Below, piece by piece: positions 44,866 through 49,798 of a stretch of DNA of 49,798 bases. The translations under genes and the position numbers were made by a program. Within the stretch, counting starts at the first letter, position 1. Every line of letters begins with the position of its first letter. Below the pieces are notes generated by a model. It was not told where the DNA came from, made no database searches, and saw nothing but the letters and a program-made list of their open reading frames with translations. Origin of the DNA: a phage; sequence record NC_101840.1; one strand, given 5' to 3'.

Positions 44866-44881
44866 CACTTTTTGTTAAAAC
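44860..44881 (+). promoter_or_regulatory. conserved junction box (consensus copy), sense
   Basis: AAATAGCACTTTTTGTTAAAAC; TAG is lipoprotein stop; hairpin GGGGCC-AGGTATAAT-GGCCC follows. Confidence 0.55.
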
Positions 44882-44934
44882 TCAAATGTGGGGCCAGGTA
44901 TAATGGCCCTACTTTCAACGAAGGAGATAAAACG

Positions 44935-45156
44935 ATGTACATTAAAAAGAAGATGAAATGCGTTTCCGTTAACTATGCTTGCTCTGGCATGTTCAAGCCT
45001 GGCGAAATCTATACGGCGCAAAAACTGAAATCATCAACCGGATCTTTTTACGTGAGCAATAGTAAGGGGCATCGCATGTTCCTGAACGGCGGCGAAGGCA
45101 CTAAGGTTATGGCACACGCTATGGTAATGGCTGAATTTGAGGAAGTGAAACAATGA
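44935..45156 (+). CDS. hypothetical protein, paralogue 1 of a tandem pair (73 aa)
   Basis: AAGGAG RBS; shares PG..Y...G.FLNGE.GT...A...AEFEEVK pattern with next ORF. Confidence 0.45.
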   Translation: MYIKKKMKCVSVNYACSGMFKPGEIYTAQKLKSSTGSFYVSNSKGHRMFLNGGEGTKVMAHAMVMAEFEEVKQ

Positions 45157-45398
45157 TCATTGAAAACAATTTTCTTTGCGTTAAGAGCAATAGACCATTC
45201 TTCACGCCTGGCAAGGTGTACCAGGGCAAGAAGGACACAAGAGATGGTCACTCTTATCATGTTCACTGCAACAACGGATACAAGTTTTACCTTAACGGCG
45301 AGAATGGAACAGAGATCGTTGCGTTTGAAAACGTAGTTGCCGAGTTTGAGCAGATTACAGACGCGGAATTTGAGGAAGTGAAAGATGAAAACAAATAA
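45153..45398 (+). CDS. hypothetical protein, paralogue 2 of a tandem pair (81 aa)
   Basis: ATGA coupling; sequence similarity to 44935..45156. Confidence 0.45.
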   Translation: MIIENNFLCVKSNRPFFTPGKVYQGKKDTRDGHSYHVHCNNGYKFYLNGENGTEIVAFENVVAEFEQITDAEFEEVKDENK

Positions 45399-45606
45399 GC
45401 GCGTCAAGCACAGGTTTACTGATAACCACGGCGACGCGATTGATGTATACAAGTTTGGCGATCGAGTTTTTATTGATGGCACGTTTGAAGGTGGGCGTAG
45501 GCCGGATTTTAGGTCGATACTTACCGTTGACCAAGTGCGCAAGCTGGCAGATAAGTTAAATGATCTGGCAGATGAAATAGAATACAAGCAAATCCATTTT
45601 AATTGA
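45385..45606 (+). CDS. hypothetical protein (73 aa)
   Basis: track ORF. Confidence 0.45.
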   Translation: MKTNKRVKHRFTDNHGDAIDVYKFGDRVFIDGTFEGGRRPDFRSILTVDQVRKLADKLNDLADEIEYKQIHFN

Positions 45607-45617
45607 TAGGTTTTATA

Positions 45618-46157
45618 ATGAAAAAATACACTTTCGAACTATGGGGCAAGAAGTACGAATTAATCACCAGCAAGCCGATTGTTATCGTTGACCTGGACGG
45701 CACACTATCGGACGGATCGCATCGTTTGCATTTGCTGCCAACTGAAAACTTGCACCTTACGGAATCGTGGAGCGAATTTAACAGGGCCGCAGCAGGAGAT
45801 TCACCGATTAAAAGCACGATCGCGATTGTTAACGGTTTGTGGGTGTCTGGATTTGCCATCGTCATCTTGACCGGACGCAGCGACGAGGTGCGCTATGAAA
45901 CCTGCAAATGGTTGAATGAGAGCGGCGTGAAGTTTGACGAAATCATCATGCGCCGCCAGGAGGACAACCGAAAGGATACGGTTATTAAAGAAGAAGCCTT
46001 GCGCGCTATTGGCCTGGACAATATTGTTTGCGCCTTTGACGATTCGCCGAACGTTGTTAAGCACTTCCGCAGCCTGGGAATCACAACCTATCAGGTCACG
46101 GAATACGACAAGCCACACGCTCACCTGCAATCTCACGGCGTGGAGTGTTTAAAATGA
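45618..46157 (+). CDS. HAD-superfamily phosphatase (polynucleotide 3'-phosphatase-like)
   Basis: motif I DLDGTL (DxDGT) near N-terminus, downstream conserved Thr/Lys/Asp-type motifs. Confidence 0.6.
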   Translation: MKKYTFELWGKKYELITSKPIVIVDLDGTLSDGSHRLHLLPTENLHLTESWSEFNRAAAGDSPIKSTIAIVNGLWVSGFAIVILTGRSDEVRYETCKWLNESGVKFDEIIMRRQEDNRKDTVIKEEALRAIGLDNIVCAFDDSPNVVKHFRSLGITTYQVTEYDKPHAHLQSHGVECLK

Positions 46158-46315
46158 CTTGGTTGCTTTTAATCTTTGTCACAAGTTACAACTCCGCAGC
46201 TATTGAGTCGCAGGAGTTCCACGGCGAATCAAGATGCCAGGAAGCGCGAAAGCAAGTTATTCTCCACATGTCAGATAGTGGGAAGGATGTAACAGCGTTA
46301 TGCGTTCGTAAATAG
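46154..46315 (+). CDS. hypothetical small protein (53 aa) with hydrophobic N-terminus
   Basis: ATGA overlap with upstream stop; its TAG stop lies inside the next box; below ORF-track size cutoff. Confidence 0.3.
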   Translation: MTWLLLIFVTSYNSAAIESQEFHGESRCQEARKQVILHMSDSGKDVTALCVRK

Positions 46316-46331
46316 CACTTTTTGCAAAAAA
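46310..46331 (+). promoter_or_regulatory. conserved junction box (variant), sense
   Basis: AAATAGCACTTTTTGCAAAAAAC; hairpin GGGCTT-GCTGTATAGT-AAGCCC follows. Confidence 0.5.
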
Positions 46332-46387
46332 CAGATCATCGGGCTTGCTGTATAGTAAGCCCATAAACAACAAACGAGGATTAAATC

Positions 46388-46651
46388 ATGGCTAACAAGA
46401 TCGAGTTTTTTAAAGCTGTAGACATTATCGACGGCGCGCCTAGCTTCTTTGCTATCCATTCTATTGACGGCAAGGATATTGGGTACAACGTTATCCGTCG
46501 AGATGGAATATCAAAAATTAGTGACCTGGTAGGCCATATTGTGTCAAACGGGAAATGCGCATGGCCCGATTCGCCACGAGAGCCGCGCCGCCGCGACATG
46601 GTAGAGCCTGTTCTGCTTTACACTCTGGTAGTAGAGGGAGAAAATAAATGA
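46388..46651 (+). CDS. hypothetical protein (87 aa)
   Basis: track ORF; GAGGA RBS. Confidence 0.45.
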   Translation: MANKIEFFKAVDIIDGAPSFFAIHSIDGKDIGYNVIRRDGISKISDLVGHIVSNGKCAWPDSPREPRRRDMVEPVLLYTLVVEGENK

Positions 46652-46833
46652 TTTTGTTACTTGCTTTTTTGGTTGTTTTTCTTTACATTTCAGGCTTATT
46701 CACGTTCCGCGCGTTTGTGAAATATTCTGGCACGACAGACAAGGACGATAAAATCGTTCTCGCTTTCTGGTTTGTTTGGGTGTGGTTAGCAATTTACGAG
46801 ATCATCAGAGACAAACAGAAATTTGAGTGGTGA
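46648..46833 (+). CDS. small membrane protein (61 aa)
   Basis: two predicted TM helices; ATGA coupling. Confidence 0.45.
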   Translation: MILLLAFLVVFLYISGLFTFRAFVKYSGTTDKDDKIVLAFWFVWVWLAIYEIIRDKQKFEW

Positions 46834-46892
46834 TTCTTGCTATGGCGCATTCATGCAGTGCGCCATGTTGAGAAAACCTAAAGGGGGAGACG

Positions 46893-47042
46893 ATGCGTAA
46901 CTTTGAAAAAATCATTACCAAAAAGAAGCGTCGCGGGTACGATGAGCATGTGGAGCTTGTGAAAAAGCAACGCAAGAAGCGCAACGAAGACAAGAAGCGC
47001 GGGAAAAAATTTAATGCGATTTTTCGCTATGGAGATCATTAA
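46893..47042 (+). CDS. hypothetical small basic protein (49 aa)
   Basis: AGGGGGAGA RBS; Lys/Arg-rich; below ORF-track size cutoff. Confidence 0.3.
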   Translation: MRNFEKIITKKKRRGYDEHVELVKKQRKKRNEDKKRGKKFNAIFRYGDH

Positions 47043-47044
47043 TC

Positions 47045-47635
47045 ATGAAACGAGACATTATCATCCTTAATGGGCCGCCAGGTTGCGGGAAGGACACTAT
47101 TGCAGCTTACCTAACGGGCCATCGTTACCCAGCGGTTAAGGCGTCATTCAAACAGCCGATGTTCGATATTGCGTTTTCCATGCTTGGCCCGACTCGATAT
47201 GATGAGTTTATTGACCTGTACAACGACCGAGAGCAAAAGGAAAAGCCTCAAGTTATCTTAGGCGGCAAGTCACCTCGACAATTCATGATCTGGATTAGCG
47301 AGGATGTAATGAAGCCAGTCTTTGGGGATCACTATTTCGGGCGTCGAATGGTTGAAGAGATTCACGAGATGTACCGAGATTTAGCGGTTGTGATCAGCGA
47401 TGGAGGATTCCCCGAAGAAATCAAGCCGCTCGTTAAGGCGGGGCATGAGGTGCATATTTGCCGATTGCATCGCGACGGCTTCACGTTTGCTGGCGATTCG
47501 AGAGACTACATTGACCTGAGCGGTTATCACTATCGAATCCATCACTATGACTTCCACTTGCAGGACGGCAAGCCGGAACTGGCTGTAAACGAGATCGTCA
47601 ATGCTGTCAAATGGAAGCACACAAAGATTAAATAG
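47045..47635 (+). CDS. P-loop kinase (polynucleotide-kinase-like or nucleotide kinase)
   Basis: Walker A GPPGCGKDT at residues 10-18; size 196 aa. Confidence 0.6.
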   Translation: MKRDIIILNGPPGCGKDTIAAYLTGHRYPAVKASFKQPMFDIAFSMLGPTRYDEFIDLYNDREQKEKPQVILGGKSPRQFMIWISEDVMKPVFGDHYFGRRMVEEIHEMYRDLAVVISDGGFPEEIKPLVKAGHEVHICRLHRDGFTFAGDSRDYIDLSGYHYRIHHYDFHLQDGKPELAVNEIVNAVKWKHTKIK

Positions 47636-47650
47636 CACTAATTGCTAAAC
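47630..47650 (+). promoter_or_regulatory. conserved junction box (variant AAATAGCACTAATTGCTAAAC), sense
   Basis: TAG is kinase stop; TATAAT 22 nt after TTGCTA. Confidence 0.5.
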
Positions 47651-47705
47651 GCGGGGCGCAATGCCTCGCTATAATGCAAACACCAATCAACGAGAGGAAA
47701 CAATC

Positions 47706-48107
47706 ATGGTGGAGTTAAACGACATTCGCGTTGGAACAAAATTTCGCGTAACCTGGGCAGATAAATATTGTGGAGTTAGCAAGGGCCAGGTTGTTGCGGT
47801 GGATAGTATTTATCGTGGTGTTAGTGGTGACTTTTGCCGTCCGCGCATCAATAATGGCTATATCATTACTCGCCGTATTGGCTTTGATAATTATTGCGTA
47901 GTGGCGACTCAAGGAGTTTTGATTGAGCTTAAGAGAATCAGCGATCATCTCGGTCGTCATGTTAAGGCAATGAAAACACCATTTCAGAGAGCGAGATACG
48001 ATGCGCGACGTATGCGCCGACTTGCGCGAAATGCGATCAAGTTCAAAAAGCCTGGCGATGATTTTTACGGCATGTATAAGGGGATTGCGCGCAATGCTGG
48101 GAAATAA
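47706..48107 (+). CDS. hypothetical protein (133 aa)
   Basis: internal ATG of track ORF 47661 with GAGAGGAAA RBS. Confidence 0.45.
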   Translation: MVELNDIRVGTKFRVTWADKYCGVSKGQVVAVDSIYRGVSGDFCRPRINNGYIITRRIGFDNYCVVATQGVLIELKRISDHLGRHVKAMKTPFQRARYDARRMRRLARNAIKFKKPGDDFYGMYKGIARNAGK

Positions 48108-48206
48108 CAATAACGCAACGAATCCTAAGCCACCTTTTGATTTTCATTCCGCAATGATTGCGGTATTATCAATGCTACTTTTTCTTTATAGCATGAGGGC
48201 GCTACT

Positions 48207-48455
48207 ATGGTTTTTAACGCATTGAAACGACTGTTTAAGCCGGAATACCGGATCGTATTTTGCCGCGACTGTTCTACTTATCATGTGCAGCGACGCAGCT
48301 TAGGCGGCAATTGGCACTATGTTACAGACGACTTTTTCGGCATCATTGCCACTGAATTTAAGTATTACAGCGATGCTTATATGTACGTCAAGAAGCGCCA
48401 CCGCTTACGCAAGTGTCGTTTTTCCGTGCTGATTCACGTTAATGATTGTTACTGA
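48207..48455 (+). CDS. hypothetical Cys-containing protein (82 aa)
   Basis: track ORF. Confidence 0.4.
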   Translation: MVFNALKRLFKPEYRIVFCRDCSTYHVQRRSLGGNWHYVTDDFFGIIATEFKYYSDAYMYVKKRHRLRKCRFSVLIHVNDCY

Positions 48456-48462
48456 GGTGAAA

Positions 48463-48645
48463 ATGAAAACTGGTATTATTATTCTTTTCCTGATTCTTTT
48501 CGGCAGTCATTTAACCATTAACTATGAGGGCATTATGGCCTTTTGGGGCAACTTGATGATGTTTGCCGCTGGTTCAATTGCTGGCTACTCTGACGGGAAA
48601 AAGGATGGTGTGCGCAAGATGCTGATGGGGCTTAAACAAAAATAA
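48463..48645 (+). CDS. small membrane protein (60 aa)
   Basis: internal ATG of track ORF 48442; two hydrophobic helices. Confidence 0.4.
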   Translation: MKTGIIILFLILFGSHLTINYEGIMAFWGNLMMFAAGSIAGYSDGKKDGVRKMLMGLKQK

Positions 48646-48656
48646 GGGGATATGAA

Positions 48657-48947
48657 ATGGCAAACAAAACTTACCGCAAACTACTGGTTAACGCTTTTGA
48701 AAACATCGCGCAGTGTAACAAGTGGAACGACTCTAAACACTCGCCAATCACAATGAAGCGCGCCGGATTCAAAAATGCTCGTTCATGGGCGCGAGCTTTC
48801 GCAGCTTGCTATATGCCGGATGGCGGACTAGGGGTGATGAACGATTTTTTGATCAACATGATAGAGGAAGCGGCGCGAGAGGATCGACCGCTGACACAGC
48901 GAGATTTTGACGGCTTCGCGCGCGATGAGCTTTACTATCTGAGCTAA
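48657..48947 (+). CDS. hypothetical protein (96 aa)
   Basis: track ORF with RBS. Confidence 0.45.
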   Translation: MANKTYRKLLVNAFENIAQCNKWNDSKHSPITMKRAGFKNARSWARAFAACYMPDGGLGVMNDFLINMIEEAAREDRPLTQRDFDGFARDELYYLS

Positions 48948-48966
48948 TAGCACTTTTTGTTAAAAC
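48945..48966 (+). promoter_or_regulatory. conserved junction box (consensus copy), sense
   Basis: TAATAGCACTTTTTGTTAAAAC; hairpin AAGGGCA-TTTGGTAAAG-TGCCCTT follows. Confidence 0.55.
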
Positions 48967-49022
48967 TTCCGCAAGGGCATTTGGTAAAGTGCCCTTATTG
49001 AAGCGAAACAGAGGAAAGCGCA

Positions 49023-49235
49023 ATGAAAATCAAAATCACCAAAATCGACACTATCAACGGCGACGGATCAATCACTCTTGAGCAATGTGGCTTGGTTGTT
49101 GGTGATGTGCTGGAAGTTGACGGACATTTCAGCGACGGATCTTATTGTGTTATTGCGCCGCGTAACAGCGAGTTTATCAAGGCTGGCGACAATATTAGTG
49201 TTAACCATGACGAATGCGAGGTAGTAGAAGAATGA
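49023..49235 (+). CDS. hypothetical protein (70 aa)
   Basis: track ORF. Confidence 0.45.
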   Translation: MKIKITKIDTINGDGSITLEQCGLVVGDVLEVDGHFSDGSYCVIAPRNSEFIKAGDNISVNHDECEVVEE

Positions 49236-49495
49236 TCACGATTAACCTGTCAGAGCAGCAAGCGCGCATTATGTTAGCGGCCTTTGGCTGGCGAGATGAT
49301 GACGGCATCCAGGCAACGGTTAAAATTCCTGAGACAGTGGCGCGTGAAGTTTTCAGCCAGCTAGAACACGCATTTGATCCTGCTGGCACTGAGCAAGCGG
49401 AAACTGCCGCATGGTTCGGAGAGAACGGATACAGAGATCAGCAAGTCGAAAACTGGAAGCGCATAAACGAGACTATGGAGGAATCAGGTTTATGA
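49232..49495 (+). CDS. hypothetical protein (87 aa)
   Basis: internal ATG of track ORF 49214; coupled to upstream gene. Confidence 0.45.
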   Translation: MITINLSEQQARIMLAAFGWRDDDGIQATVKIPETVAREVFSQLEHAFDPAGTEQAETAAWFGENGYRDQQVENWKRINETMEESGL

Positions 49496-49798
49496 TTTAT
49501 ATTCACTACTACCAAATCGGAACTAACGAGAACAAGAAAGAGCATCGTTTCATCCATGATGATTTGGACAAGGCAAAGGCACAGCAACAGGTTTTAGGCG
49601 GTGTCATTCAGGCTTTTGAGCCTGTAGAAGATATTGAGTACCGCGAGCATTTAAAAGATGTTGTTATTGATGAGATCTCTTGCTTGATTGATGATATGAC
49701 AAATCACGGCCCTGGTTCCCCGTGGGAAGATGCAGGATCTGTAACGTGGGATAAGGCCAAAGTTAAGACGCTAAACAACTTTCGAGAGATTCTCGACG
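49492..49798 (+). CDS. hypothetical protein, 3' end truncated by window edge
   Basis: ATG overlapping upstream stop; frame open to last base of window; not in ORF track because no stop is present. Confidence 0.4.
   Translation, partial: MIYIHYYQIGTNENKKEHRFIHDDLDKAKAQQQVLGGVIQAFEPVEDIEYREHLKDVVIDEISCLIDDMTNHGPGSPWEDAGSVTWDKAKVKTLNNFREILD

Overview
The window reads as a complete or near-complete genome (about 49.8 kb) of a virulent T1-like siphophage of enterobacteria (Drexlerviridae-type); this assignment is inference from gene content and order, as no database search was possible. Layout: small early ORFs (1-1200); packaging and head genes (terminase small/large subunits, portal, head morphogenesis, scaffold, two paralogous decoration-like proteins, major capsid; 1275-9025); neck and tail genes in lambda-like order (major tail, G/GT chaperone with a -1 frameshift site, tape measure, M-L-K-I homologues, an inserted HNH endonuclease, J-like central fibre; 9082-21808); a leftward lipoprotein operon; a rightward recombination module (PD-(D/E)XK exonuclease, Erf-like annealing protein, SSB); leftward side tail-fibre genes ending in a peptidase S74-type chaperone domain; primase, an HTH protein, SF2 helicase, VRR-NUC nuclease, Dam-type methyltransferase, a metallophosphoesterase; a pinholin / SAR-endolysin / unimolecular-spanin lysis cassette; a 6.3-kb leftward block of mostly unknown small genes that includes an SF3-like P-loop ATPase and a compact C5-methyltransferase-like gene; and a rightward early operon with a HAD phosphatase and a P-loop kinase. 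No integrase, repressor, tRNA or CRISPR array was seen. The most striking feature is an approximately 20-bp box (AAATAGCACTTTTTGTTAAAAC) present in 18 copies at cistron junctions, usually followed by a GC-rich hairpin and a TAnnnT hexamer and often containing the stop codon of the upstream gene. Coordinates of non-CDS elements were counted by hand and may be off by 1-2 nt.
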